Shown here one piece after another: positions 47,401 to 56,708 of a DNA stretch of 64,000 nt. Source of the stretch: Dehalococcoidia bacterium. GTDB taxonomy: Bacteria > Chloroflexota > Dehalococcoidia > Lucifugimonadales > UBA3495. Below the pieces are notes generated by a model. It was not told where the DNA came from and made no database searches. It was given only the letters and a program-made list of their open reading frames with translations. Numbering within the stretch: the first letter of the stretch is position 1; each line of letters starts with the position of its first letter. A program made the position numbers and the translations under genes. The DNA lies in the NCBI GenBank assembly GCA_964291545.2, contig OZ219860.1, positions 745,786 to 809,785 of the forward strand, given 5' to 3'.

Positions 47401-48687
47401 TTACCGGCCTGCCGGTATTCGCCCTTTGTGGCTCACCGGCGCTCCCAGCAGCAGGAACAGGCATGAGCACGACAGGGCGAACGCGCCAATGGTCATGAAC
47501 GCAACGTCGTAGTTACCCGTGATGCCCCGCATCAGCCCCGCGTATACCGGGGCCACAAACCACATTATGGTCGTAGGCACCACCGACAGGCCGAGTATGG
47601 AGCCGAAGGCCCTGCGCCCGAAGTAAATGCCCCGTATAGCGGTGGACGTCGCTGAGCGGCCTCCACCGCCTATCCCCAATAAAACGACGGCGAAAAACAC
47701 CATCTCGGTGCTGTCGGCCGCCACCAGGACCAGCACTGCCACCGATTGCAGGGCGTTCGCTCCAAAGGCCATCAACCTTATGGGGAATCTGTCGGCCAGC
47801 CAGCCCCCCAAGAGAATGGACACGGCAGCAACTCCAGGATAAACCGATACCACTGCGCCTATCGTCGACAGCGAAAAACCGCGGTCATCCAACATAAGCC
47901 CCAGGTGGACTAATACCGTGCAAAGCACGACTGATGAGCCCGCCAGAGCAAAGTTCATCACCCAAAACGTTGTCGTCCTGGCTGCTTCTTGCCAGGTATA
48001 CCCTTCCTCTTCACCCCTCGGCCGCACTTTGGGCGCATCCACTGGCGCCCGCGCGGCCGGTCGCCCCTGGTCGCCGTCGGGCAGCAGTCCCACGTCCTCC
48101 GGCCGGTTACGCACCAGGCTGGATAGTGGAATCGCCAGGGCTAAGGTAAAGACCCCAATGAAGAAGGCGGTATTCCTCCAGCCGTAGCGCTCTGCGACAT
48201 CAGGGTCTGTCCCGCCGATGGCCCACGCCAAGACCAGAGGCGTAACGATCCCGCCCACGGCAAATCCTTCCATCACCAGCGACATTGCCAGGGCTTTCCG
48301 CCTGATGAACCAGTGATTCACCACCGTCATCATGGGCAGCCAGGTGCTGATGGTCGCCCCCACGCTCATAATGAGGAACACAGCGTACAGGTGCCAAAGC
48401 TCCCGTATCTGGCTGAACAGCATGAAGCCGCATCCCAGCACAATCAGCCCGATCAGCACCATGCGCCGGGGTCCCAGCTTGTCGATCAACCAACCGACCA
48501 GGGGCGCATAAGCCCCCTCGATTTGCATGATGGCAAACGCGCCGGACATTTGAAATGCCGACCAGCCGAAGGCGTGTCGGAGCACCGGATTCCATACCGG
48601 CAAGCCATACAAGAGGGGAGCAGAGCCCAAGGCCATGAGGAGAGCGCCTAGGGCCACCATGAACCAGCCGTGGAAAATCCGTCGCAT
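47401..48687 (-). CDS. MFS transporter, paralog 7 of 7
   Basis: Same motif skeleton. Confidence 0.85.
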   Translation of the reverse strand: MRRIFHGWFMVALGALLMALGSAPLLYGLPVWNPVLRHAFGWSAFQMSGAFAIMQIEGAYAPLVGWLIDKLGPRRMVLIGLIVLGCGFMLFSQIRELWHLYAVFLIMSVGATISTWLPMMTVVNHWFIRRKALAMSLVMEGFAVGGIVTPLVLAWAIGGTDPDVAERYGWRNTAFFIGVFTLALAIPLSSLVRNRPEDVGLLPDGDQGRPAARAPVDAPKVRPRGEEEGYTWQEAARTTTFWVMNFALAGSSVVLCTVLVHLGLMLDDRGFSLSTIGAVVSVYPGVAAVSILLGGWLADRFPIRLMAFGANALQSVAVLVLVAADSTEMVFFAVVLLGIGGGGRSATSTAIRGIYFGRRAFGSILGLSVVPTTIMWFVAPVYAGLMRGITGNYDVAFMTIGAFALSCSCLFLLLGAPVSHKGRIPAGR

Positions 48688-48807
48688 CAGGGGCGCCTAC
48701 TCCGCCGGCCGCGCGGCCAGGGCTGCTGTGGTCGGGCATCAAGGCGGGGCATCACCCCTAGTCCCCTGATAGTCCCATATTCCAATACTTGGCGCCGTCG
48801 AGGTTGG

Positions 48808-49944
48808 TTACGCGGCCTTGCTCCGCAGCGGAGCGCTCATCCGGTGAAGGTGCCCCACTATTTCCTTCTGTGACCCCAGCACGCTCGTCTCATGGTAAGG
48901 AATCCCGCGCTTCTTGCAGAACTCCTTGACGATTGCCTGGGCCTTCCGCAGGTTGTTTCGGGGCATGTTGGGGAACAAGTGGTGTTCGATTTGGCAGTTC
49001 AGGCCGCCGTAAATGAAGTCGGTAACCGGATGTGCCTTTACGTTTCGGGACGTAATTATCTGCTGGCGCATGAACCCAATGTCTTCGTCCGGAGCCAGGA
49101 CCGGCATGGCTTTGTGATTGGGCGCAAACACCGAGCCCATGTACACCCCCTCCACAGCCTTGTGGACCAGGATGAACAACACGGCGTATACCGGCCCCAA
49201 GAATATGAACAACAGCCCCAAATAAGCGGCTAGGTTGGCGACCACCAGCAGCGGCTCCACCGCGGGATATCTCAGCTTCCCCCCGGTCAGCATGTAGTGG
49301 ATGCCCGCAAAGAAGAAGCTCAGCGCCGCCAGCATCAGCACCGGGAAGAACATCACGGCTTGATACTTCACAATCTGCCTGTGCAGTCCCTTTTTGTTGG
49401 CCAGGTCCCCTTCGCTGAACGCCAAGATAGACACGTTGATGTCGTCGTCTTCCCCCTGTTTGTTGGGGCTGACGTGATGCCGCAGGTTGTGCTTATCGTT
49501 CCACCAGCTGGGCACCAGCCCCAGCAGCAACCCCATCGCCAGGCTGATGAAGTGGTTTCCTCTTGCCGATGCACAGATCTGCTGGTGCCCGGCGTCATGG
49601 GCGATCAACGCCAATTGCGCGAACGCAAACCCCAAAAAGGCCGCGTTCAGCAACTGCAGCGGTCCGCTGTCCACCAACACCAGGAAGGCTATGCTCGCCG
49701 CTAGCAAACATACCGTCAACGGAATCTTAGCCATGTAGTATCCCGTCTGCCGGTCCAGCAGCCCGCTTTCCCTCACCAAGCGGCGCAACTCCCCGTATTG
49801 CAAGGCATCCAGGCGAATCGGGTCCGGCTCAGTCGCAGGTATCGCCCGGGCGTCCGTTACACCCGGCATTGGTTCATTCAGGACGAGATTCTTTGTTGCC
49901 ATATTCAACCTCCCCCACAGGGCGCAAGTTGCCCGAGCCCACAC
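48808..49944 (-). CDS. membrane fatty-acid desaturase family protein
   Basis: Three His boxes are present: HDAGHQ, HNLRHH and QIEHHLFP. Several TM segments are also present. Confidence 0.8.
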   Translation of the reverse strand: MWARATCALWGRLNMATKNLVLNEPMPGVTDARAIPATEPDPIRLDALQYGELRRLVRESGLLDRQTGYYMAKIPLTVCLLAASIAFLVLVDSGPLQLLNAAFLGFAFAQLALIAHDAGHQQICASARGNHFISLAMGLLLGLVPSWWNDKHNLRHHVSPNKQGEDDDINVSILAFSEGDLANKKGLHRQIVKYQAVMFFPVLMLAALSFFFAGIHYMLTGGKLRYPAVEPLLVVANLAAYLGLLFIFLGPVYAVLFILVHKAVEGVYMGSVFAPNHKAMPVLAPDEDIGFMRQQIITSRNVKAHPVTDFIYGGLNCQIEHHLFPNMPRNNLRKAQAIVKEFCKKRGIPYHETSVLGSQKEIVGHLHRMSAPLRSKAA

Positions 49945-50100
49945 AACCTAACTTGCCAACGGTTCGGTCTTACGGCCATACAGATTACCACAAATTCGGC
50001 TTGTTCTACAGATAGGCGGCATTGGGCCTGCCAATCCGAGGCCCACCCTGCAAGGAGATACTCGGATGACCCGCAGCGCCTTATAGTTTCTCGCGCCCGC

Positions 50101-51738
50101 TCAAGCGACTCCAAGGCCCAGGACATCCTCCGCCATCTCCCTAAGCTTGAACTTCTGGACCTTGCCGCTGGGAGTCATAGGGTATTCCTGCATGAATACA
50201 ACGTGGCGGGGCGTCTTGAAGCTGGCCACTTTGCCCCGGCAGTAGTCGATGAGTTCCTCGGCCGTGGCTTCCTGCTGTTCTTCCAATATTACGCACGCGC
50301 AAGCCACTTCGCTTAACCGCTCGTCTGGCACCCCTACTATCTGTACCCCGCTCACTGCAGGATGCCCCAACATCAGGGCTTCCACCTCCACCGGGTCCAC
50401 GTTCTCCCCGCCCACTTTTAGCATCTCTTTGATGCGGCCTATGAAGCGGACCTGACCGTCCGCCCGGATCGTTGCCAGGTCTCCCGTGTGAAACCAGCCG
50501 TCAGAGTCTACCGCCCGGCTGGTCTCGTCCGGCTTCTTGTAATACTCCAGCATAATGGCGTACGTGCGTACGCACATCTCCCCGGGGCTATCCGCCGGAA
50601 GGTCCGCTCCGGTCTCCGGGTCTATTACCTTGAACTCGTACCCGGGCAATGGAAACCCGGATCCCGTGCACCGGTCATCTTCCGAAGAATCCAAGAACGA
50701 CAGGGACGCTCCCACTCCCACCTCGGTCATTCCCCAACCCGACACGGTGTGGCAAAGCATCTTTTGGGCCAGTCGCGCCGTCGGTTCGCTGCTGGCCATC
50801 CCGGCGGCCAGGATCCCCGTGCGCAGGCTGCTTCGGTCAACCGATTCGCACTTGGGATGGGAGGCCAAAGCCCGGAAATGAGTGTCAAAACCGTGCAAAA
50901 CGGTGGCCCTTTCCCGCTCTATCAGGCCAAGCGATTCCTCCGGATTGAACAACGTGGTCAGCACGGTGCGTACTCCGATCATCGCTCCCATCAGCGGGCC
51001 CTTGTAGAGCCCGAAAGCATGAAACAACGGCAGGTACATCAGCACCGCGTCCTTGCGCGTCATCCCCATCCTGTTGGCCGCATCGTTTACGGTTCTCTGT
51101 ATCTTGTGGCTGAGCACCACTCCCTTTGGAAAACCTGTGGTGCCCGAGGTATACATAATCAACGCTGCGCCATCCGGGTCGACCTTTCTCTGACGGGCCT
51201 CCAGGTCCCTTTCTGAGACCGACTCAGCGCCCGCCAACGCGTCCTCCAAGATAAACACCCCTATATGACGCCGCTCCCCTAGCACAATCACTCGTTTCAA
51301 CTCCGGGAACCTCTCCGGCCTCAGGTCATTGGGGTTGCCACCGTCCACCTCCGGGCACAGGCTCCTCACCATATCCAGGTAGCCCACGGGACCCGACCTG
51401 TCCACTGTAATCAGGGTGCCGGCGTCAGACTGCCGGACGACGTACTCCAGGTCAGTGGTGCGAAACCGCGTGTTCGCCGGGACCAGCACCGCGCCGATTT
51501 TCATCACTGCGAAGAACAGGTGGATCCATTCCGGCCGGTTGGGCATCCACAACACCACCTTCTCCCCCGGCTGGATGCCCAAGCCCATGAGGGCCCTCGC
51601 GCAACGGTCGACGTCGTCCTTGAGTTGTTCGAAGGTCCACCGCTGGCCTTCGTAATACAGTGCCTCGCTTGGCCCAAAAAGGCGCGCCGCCCTGTCTACC
51701 AAATCGCCGATTCCGGTTTTCTCGTACCAGTCAGACAC
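50101..51738 (-). CDS. AMP-dependent acyl-CoA synthetase/ligase
   Basis: YTSGTTGFPKGV, GWFHTGD and GRIKEMLKVGGENV. Confidence 0.87.
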   Translation of the reverse strand: MSDWYEKTGIGDLVDRAARLFGPSEALYYEGQRWTFEQLKDDVDRCARALMGLGIQPGEKVVLWMPNRPEWIHLFFAVMKIGAVLVPANTRFRTTDLEYVVRQSDAGTLITVDRSGPVGYLDMVRSLCPEVDGGNPNDLRPERFPELKRVIVLGERRHIGVFILEDALAGAESVSERDLEARQRKVDPDGAALIMYTSGTTGFPKGVVLSHKIQRTVNDAANRMGMTRKDAVLMYLPLFHAFGLYKGPLMGAMIGVRTVLTTLFNPEESLGLIERERATVLHGFDTHFRALASHPKCESVDRSSLRTGILAAGMASSEPTARLAQKMLCHTVSGWGMTEVGVGASLSFLDSSEDDRCTGSGFPLPGYEFKVIDPETGADLPADSPGEMCVRTYAIMLEYYKKPDETSRAVDSDGWFHTGDLATIRADGQVRFIGRIKEMLKVGGENVDPVEVEALMLGHPAVSGVQIVGVPDERLSEVACACVILEEQQEATAEELIDYCRGKVASFKTPRHVVFMQEYPMTPSGKVQKFKLREMAEDVLGLGVA

Positions 51739-51750
51739 TCGCCCCGTCTC

Positions 51751-53001
51751 TTACCCGTCCGAGTCGGGCCTCGCTCCTAAAGACACTTCCAGGCCTTCCC
51801 GCTCCCCGTCCCTGATCACTTCCAGGGTCACTTTATCTCCCGGCCGCGTGTTCCCCGACAAATAGGCGATCAAGTCATCCATGTCATCGACTTCTGACCC
51901 GTTGATTGACACTATAACATCTCCGCCCACCGGGTAATCCAGGCCGTCCAAGACCGCAGTCCGGTCGCTCCCCCGGAGACCGGCCTTGTCCGCGGGACTG
52001 TCCAAAGTTACCTGGGTCACCAGGGCGCCGCCCGTATCACGTGGCAGGTCCATCAACTCGGCTACGTCCGCGCTAAGCGTGGAACCCGATATACCCAACC
52101 AGGAATACTCGTACCGGCCCTCCTCGATCAATGCAGGGACTACTAGTTTGGCTATATTGATGGGAACGGAAAACCCCACGCCTGAACTTGCCCCGCTACG
52201 GCTGATTATTTGCGTGTTGACCCCAATCACTTTGCCTCGCCGGTCCAGCAGCGGCCCCCCCGAATTGCCCGGGTTAATGGCCACGTCTGACTGGATAACC
52301 TCCGGGATGGAGAATGGGCTGCCCCCGCTGCGAATCGTGCGTCCCAATGCGCTGATGATGCCGGTCGTCATGGTGAATTCCTGGCCGAAGGGATTGCCTA
52401 TAGCAATCGCTATCTGTCCCACTCTTAAGGTGTCGCTGTCTCCCAGTTTCACTGGAGCGGCGCCGCTCTTTGGGTCTGACAGTTCCAGCACCGCCAGGTC
52501 TGAGTCCGGGTCGGTCCCTATGACCTCAGCCCGTAGCTCGGTGCCGTCGGAGAAGATCACTGCCACGCGGTCGGCGCCGTCGACAACGTGGTTGTTGGTC
52601 ACAATGTGCCCCTCCTCGTCCCACACGAACCCCGAACCCTCGCCCCGGTGAAAAAACTCGTCGGGGAAATCGGGCAACGGCAAGTCCGGAACGCTGGGCA
52701 GCGGCTGACCGGCCTCGCCGGTGTCTAGTTGGCGGACTACTCTGATGTGGACCACCGACGGCAGAAGCTCTTCATAAATAAGGCCCAGTGCCTCCTCGTG
52801 GGCAGCGATGATCGCGTCCGAGTCCACGGCTCCCACCGCTGATGCAGGCTCATTGGACTCCGGCGTCGCATCAGACCCACCGCACGCCGCTGCCATTGCA
52901 GCCAAAAACAAGGCTGCCGCAACAGCCAAACGGTACCTTCCCGGAATTGAACACCTGGGAATACGAATCGCCATTTCCATTCTCCATCCACATGACATCA
53001 T
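51751..53001 (-). CDS. HtrA/DegP-family serine protease with one PDZ domain
   Basis: Catalytic-triad contexts TNNHVV, DSDLAVLEL and [12 protein letters not shown] region: GALVTQVTLDSPADKAGLRGSD...GDVIVSINGSEV. N-terminal signal with AAACGG. Confidence 0.88.
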   Translation of the reverse strand: MMSCGWRMEMAIRIPRCSIPGRYRLAVAAALFLAAMAAACGGSDATPESNEPASAVGAVDSDAIIAAHEEALGLIYEELLPSVVHIRVVRQLDTGEAGQPLPSVPDLPLPDFPDEFFHRGEGSGFVWDEEGHIVTNNHVVDGADRVAVIFSDGTELRAEVIGTDPDSDLAVLELSDPKSGAAPVKLGDSDTLRVGQIAIAIGNPFGQEFTMTTGIISALGRTIRSGGSPFSIPEVIQSDVAINPGNSGGPLLDRRGKVIGVNTQIISRSGASSGVGFSVPINIAKLVVPALIEEGRYEYSWLGISGSTLSADVAELMDLPRDTGGALVTQVTLDSPADKAGLRGSDRTAVLDGLDYPVGGDVIVSINGSEVDDMDDLIAYLSGNTRPGDKVTLEVIRDGEREGLEVSLGARPDSDG

Positions 53002-53281
53002 CGGCTTCTACGAAAGGAGAGAATCTCATGGATGTATGCGGCCTAACGCCCGATTGACGCCGCCTAGACTGGGTTTAGGTGCAGGCATTTGGGCCGGCTT
53101 GAGACTTTACTTTTCATGCTTGTTGGCCTAACTTGAATACGGCCTCCATCGTGCCGAAACCGGGTTCTCTGCAGTCAACGACGCCGCCGCTCCCTAAGAT
53201 ATCGGTCCCGGTATTCTTGGCTCGCTGGGGTCCTCTTGTCACTTAGTCCGCTACCCAATACCCGCTGTAGGAGACGCGCCG

Positions 53282-53677
53282 ATGGCCAAAACCATCCTAG
53301 ACAGCCCAAATCTCAGCAGTCCCAAAGGGATATACTCCCCAGGGGTTGCGACTCCTGCCGGGCGCATGGTGTTCGTGTCGGGCCAGGTCGCGCGCAACGC
53401 AAAAGGAGAAATTGTGGGCCAAGGCGACATTCAAGCCCAGACCCGTCAGAGTCTGGACAACGTCCAGGCGGTGCTGGAAGCCGCCGGCGCTACCCTAGAC
53501 GACGTTGCCAAAGTAACCGTATTCGTCACCAACCTTGACGAACACTTTGCCCAGATCCACCAAGTCCGAGCCAAGTACTTCGAACGTGACTACCCCGCCA
53601 GCACCTTGGTGGAAGTCAAGGCCCTCGCCCATAAGGACTTGTTGATTGAGATTGACGCCATCGCCGTCATTCCCTGA
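53282..53677 (+). CDS. RidA/YjgF-family protein
   Basis: A 131-aa product with YSPGV...VFVSGQ...A.L.DV.KVTVFV.NL..F pattern and a C-terminal IEIDAIA. Confidence 0.8.
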   Translation: MAKTILDSPNLSSPKGIYSPGVATPAGRMVFVSGQVARNAKGEIVGQGDIQAQTRQSLDNVQAVLEAAGATLDDVAKVTVFVTNLDEHFAQIHQVRAKYFERDYPASTLVEVKALAHKDLLIEIDAIAVIP

Positions 53678-53728
53678 CCCTTAATCCGCCATCAACCTGG
53701 CCTTGAAACACCTAGTAAAATACCTGGC

Positions 53729-54766
53729 ATGAAGCACTTTCCAAACCCGGACGACCAAGACTACGAACCGGCCTACATTGGCCTCCCGTCTTTCCTGAAG
53801 CTCCCCTATGTGACAACAGTCGAGGAGCTTTCAACACTGAAGCCGGACATAGCCATCATGGGCGCCCCGTTCGATATGGGGACCACCCTTCGGCCCGGCG
53901 CCAGGTTCGGCCCAAGGGCAATCCGCCAGGCAGCCGGCTACCCCGGCGGGACACCCGTGGAGCCCATGTATCACGCCTCTATGCAGGTACATCCGTTCCA
54001 AATACTGAAAGTGGTCGACTTTGGCGACGCTAACTGTAGCCCCCATTCGATTGAGCAAGCCCACCTGGCCATCAATGAACGGGTCTCCCAGATACTATCC
54101 GCAGGCGCCATGCCCTTCATTCTCGGCGGCGACCATTCCATCACCCTGCCCGCGGCCACCGCGGTAGCCGACCACTGGGGCCGTGGCAAGATTGGCATAG
54201 TACACTTCGACGCCCACGCCGACACCGGTCCGGACAGTTTCGGCGGCACTTTGACAGCCCACTGCAGCCCCATGCGGCGGCTGATAGAGAGCGGCGCTGT
54301 TCCCCCCAAGAATTTCGTCCAAGTAGGCCTGCGCGGCTACTGGCCCCCCGAGGAAGTCTGGCAATGGATGGGCGAACAGGGAATGCGCTGGCATCTCATG
54401 GCCGAGATAGAAGATCGGGGCTTCGATGCCGTCATAGAGCAAGCCATTGAGGAAGCGTTGGACGGCCCGGAATACATCTACCTCTCTGTGGACATCGACG
54501 TCCTCGACCCGGGATTCGCTCCGGGTACGGGGACCCCAGAGCCGGGCGGCATGCTTCCTAGCCAATTGTTGCGGGCCATGCGACGCATCGTTCCCAAAGT
54601 AAATCTGGTCGCCATGGACCTTGTGGAAGTCTCGCCTCCCTACGACGACGCCGGCGCGGTCACCGCCGAGCAGGCCCACCGTGTAGTGCTCGAAGTAATC
54701 ACCGCCGTCGCCCTCGCTCGGGCCCGCGGCGAGGGAGGCTCCCCCGGCGTCCCTGAGGCCGGTTAG
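53729..54766 (+). CDS. ureohydrolase (agmatinase/guanidino-acid hydrolase family)
   Basis: Mn-binding motifs GGDHSITLP, HFDAHADT and SVDIDVLDP. The substrate cannot be assigned by eye. Confidence 0.82.
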   Translation: MKHFPNPDDQDYEPAYIGLPSFLKLPYVTTVEELSTLKPDIAIMGAPFDMGTTLRPGARFGPRAIRQAAGYPGGTPVEPMYHASMQVHPFQILKVVDFGDANCSPHSIEQAHLAINERVSQILSAGAMPFILGGDHSITLPAATAVADHWGRGKIGIVHFDAHADTGPDSFGGTLTAHCSPMRRLIESGAVPPKNFVQVGLRGYWPPEEVWQWMGEQGMRWHLMAEIEDRGFDAVIEQAIEEALDGPEYIYLSVDIDVLDPGFAPGTGTPEPGGMLPSQLLRAMRRIVPKVNLVAMDLVEVSPPYDDAGAVTAEQAHRVVLEVITAVALARARGEGGSPGVPEAG

Positions 54767-54801
54767 AATCATCAGAAGCGATGAACATTATCAACAAAAT
54801 A

Positions 54802-54830
54802 TTGACAAGCGCGTGCGAGACTCTCACAAT
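54802..54830 (+). promoter_or_regulatory. candidate promoter upstream of the amidohydrolase gene
   Basis: TTGACA (54802-54807), a 17-nt spacer, then CACAAT (54825-54830). Confidence 0.3.
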
Positions 54831-54947
54831 TCTAAGGTGTAGGTCATCGGCGGAGTTGCCTCCTCATAACTGTCCACTGACCATTAGTCCTCTCCATGGG
54901 CCCTAGGCAAAGACTCCCCAATTTACATAATCTTCGGGAGGGCAATC

Positions 54948-56099
54948 ATGTCCAACTATAAGATCGTTTCCCAAGACAACCACGTCATTGAGCCGATAGA
55001 CCTGTGGACCAGTAGGGCCGAGTCCAAGTACGCATGGCGCGTCCCTCACGTTGAAGACTTGGGGGAACAAGGAGACTGGTGGATGTGCGACGGCCGGAAA
55101 ATAATCGGCGTCACGGGGGGGTCGGCCAACGTGGGAAACCGGTTCTTGGACCCGGACGCCAAGCGCAGAGCCCTGAAAGTAGAAGACGTGCGTCCCGGAG
55201 GCTGGATTCCCGAAGAGCACGTCAAGGACCTGGACATCGACGGCCAGGACATGAGCATAGTCTTCCCGACTGTCGGGTTCATGCTCTTCGGCATCCCCGA
55301 CGGCCAGTTGCTGGACTCCCTCTGCCGGAGCTACAACGACTGGGTCGGAGAATTTTGCGGCGCCATTCCCGACCGGCTCAAGGGGATCGCCATGATTAAC
55401 ACCGACGACGTGAGCGTGGGCGTGAAAGAACTGGAACGCTGCGCCAAGATGGGCTTTGTCGGCGCAATGATCGCCGTCTATCCCAGCACGTCACAGTACT
55501 ACGACGACCCGGCCTACGAACCTTTCTGGGCTGCCGCCCAGGACCTGCAAATGCCCCTTAACCTCCATGTCGCCGCCAATCGTTACAGCCCTGTTCAGGA
55601 ACTTGCCGACCCCGACATCGATAGGCCCGCCTTTATCTGCAACGCCGCCTATTGGCCTATGATGTCTCTCGCCGACATCATCTTTAGTGGCGTATTTGTA
55701 CGCCATCCCAACCTCTACGTGGGCTCTGTCGAGCACGAGTTGTCCTGGGTTCCCCACTTCTTGGACCGGCTCGATTACACTTACGCCGACCGCATGCCTC
55801 CCAAAGACGACCCTTCCCAAGCCGCCGCGCGCCACCCCATGGTCCGGTTCAAGGACGGCATCCTTCCCAGCGACTACTTCCACAGCAACTGTTTCCTCGG
55901 ATTCCAGGAAGACGCCCTGGGCATCCGGGACCGCGCCATCATAGGCGTGGACAACCTTATGTGGGGGGCAGACTATCCCCACTCCGAGTCCACCTTCCCC
56001 CGCAGCCGGGAGATTCTCGACAACATCCTGGCCGACTGCACCGAGGAGGAAAAGGCCAAGATTGCCGGCGGCAACGCCCAGAGGGTGTACAGGCTCTAA
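54948..56099 (+). CDS. amidohydrolase-2 (ACMSD-like) family metal-dependent hydrolase/decarboxylase
   Basis: N-terminal SQDNHVIEP and C-terminal WGADYPHSE, typical of the Amidohydro_2 fold. Confidence 0.65.
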   Translation: MSNYKIVSQDNHVIEPIDLWTSRAESKYAWRVPHVEDLGEQGDWWMCDGRKIIGVTGGSANVGNRFLDPDAKRRALKVEDVRPGGWIPEEHVKDLDIDGQDMSIVFPTVGFMLFGIPDGQLLDSLCRSYNDWVGEFCGAIPDRLKGIAMINTDDVSVGVKELERCAKMGFVGAMIAVYPSTSQYYDDPAYEPFWAAAQDLQMPLNLHVAANRYSPVQELADPDIDRPAFICNAAYWPMMSLADIIFSGVFVRHPNLYVGSVEHELSWVPHFLDRLDYTYADRMPPKDDPSQAAARHPMVRFKDGILPSDYFHSNCFLGFQEDALGIRDRAIIGVDNLMWGADYPHSESTFPRSREILDNILADCTEEEKAKIAGGNAQRVYRL

Positions 56100-56133
56100 C
56101 AGAGCCTCCCAGCCCTAGTCCCGGTAAACGAAG

Positions 56134-56165
56134 CAGGCGCTCCTTGTGGAGCGCCTGTTGTTTTT
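56134..56165 (+). terminator. Rho-independent terminator
   Basis: caggcgctcc-ttgt-ggagcgcctg forms a 10-bp perfect stem with a 4-nt loop, followed by ttgttttt. It lies between convergent genes. Confidence 0.75.
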
Positions 56166-56239
56166 CCTTCACATAAGGCTTCTAGTCTTCAACCTAGCTG
56201 ACGCGTCTCGCCGCCACAGGGGAGCTCAGTTAGCCAGGC

Positions 56240-56686
56240 CTACCGGTCGTGCCAGTCCGGCGTCGGCTCGTCGACGCAGTACAGGAACACGAACGCCCCC
56301 GTCCGGCCCAGCCCTCGGAATCGCCCCGTTAACTCCTTGACCCGCTCTCGGTAGTCCAAAGCGTCCAATGACCTCAAATAGTCCCGGAATGACCCGTGCT
56401 CCCGGACCAGTTCCAGGACTATCCCGGCATTCTCCACTGTTCCCACGATCTTCCGCCGGTTCCTGACGATTCCGGGGTCTCCGAACAGCCGGTTGATTTT
56501 ATTGGGCCCATAGTTCGCTACTTCTTCAACGTTAAACCCATCAAATGCCTTCTGGAAGTCGGGCCACTTCTGCCTGATCACCCGCCAGCTGAACCCAGAC
56601 CTGAAAATCGCCTTGGTCAACTCCTCAAGGTACCCGTTGTCGTCCGCGGGAGCTATTCTTGGGGGCACCTCGATCATTGTTCGCAT
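56240..56686 (-). CDS. DNA-3-methyladenine glycosylase I (Tag)-like protein, short form
   Basis: GFSWRVIRQKWPDFQKAF, EEVANY and GIVRNRRKI resemble the Tag core. The N-terminal zinc-site region is missing. Confidence 0.55.
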   Translation of the reverse strand: MRTMIEVPPRIAPADDNGYLEELTKAIFRSGFSWRVIRQKWPDFQKAFDGFNVEEVANYGPNKINRLFGDPGIVRNRRKIVGTVENAGIVLELVREHGSFRDYLRSLDALDYRERVKELTGRFRGLGRTGAFVFLYCVDEPTPDWHDR

Positions 56687-56708
56687 AGGACTGGATCGTT
56701 GTATGGAT

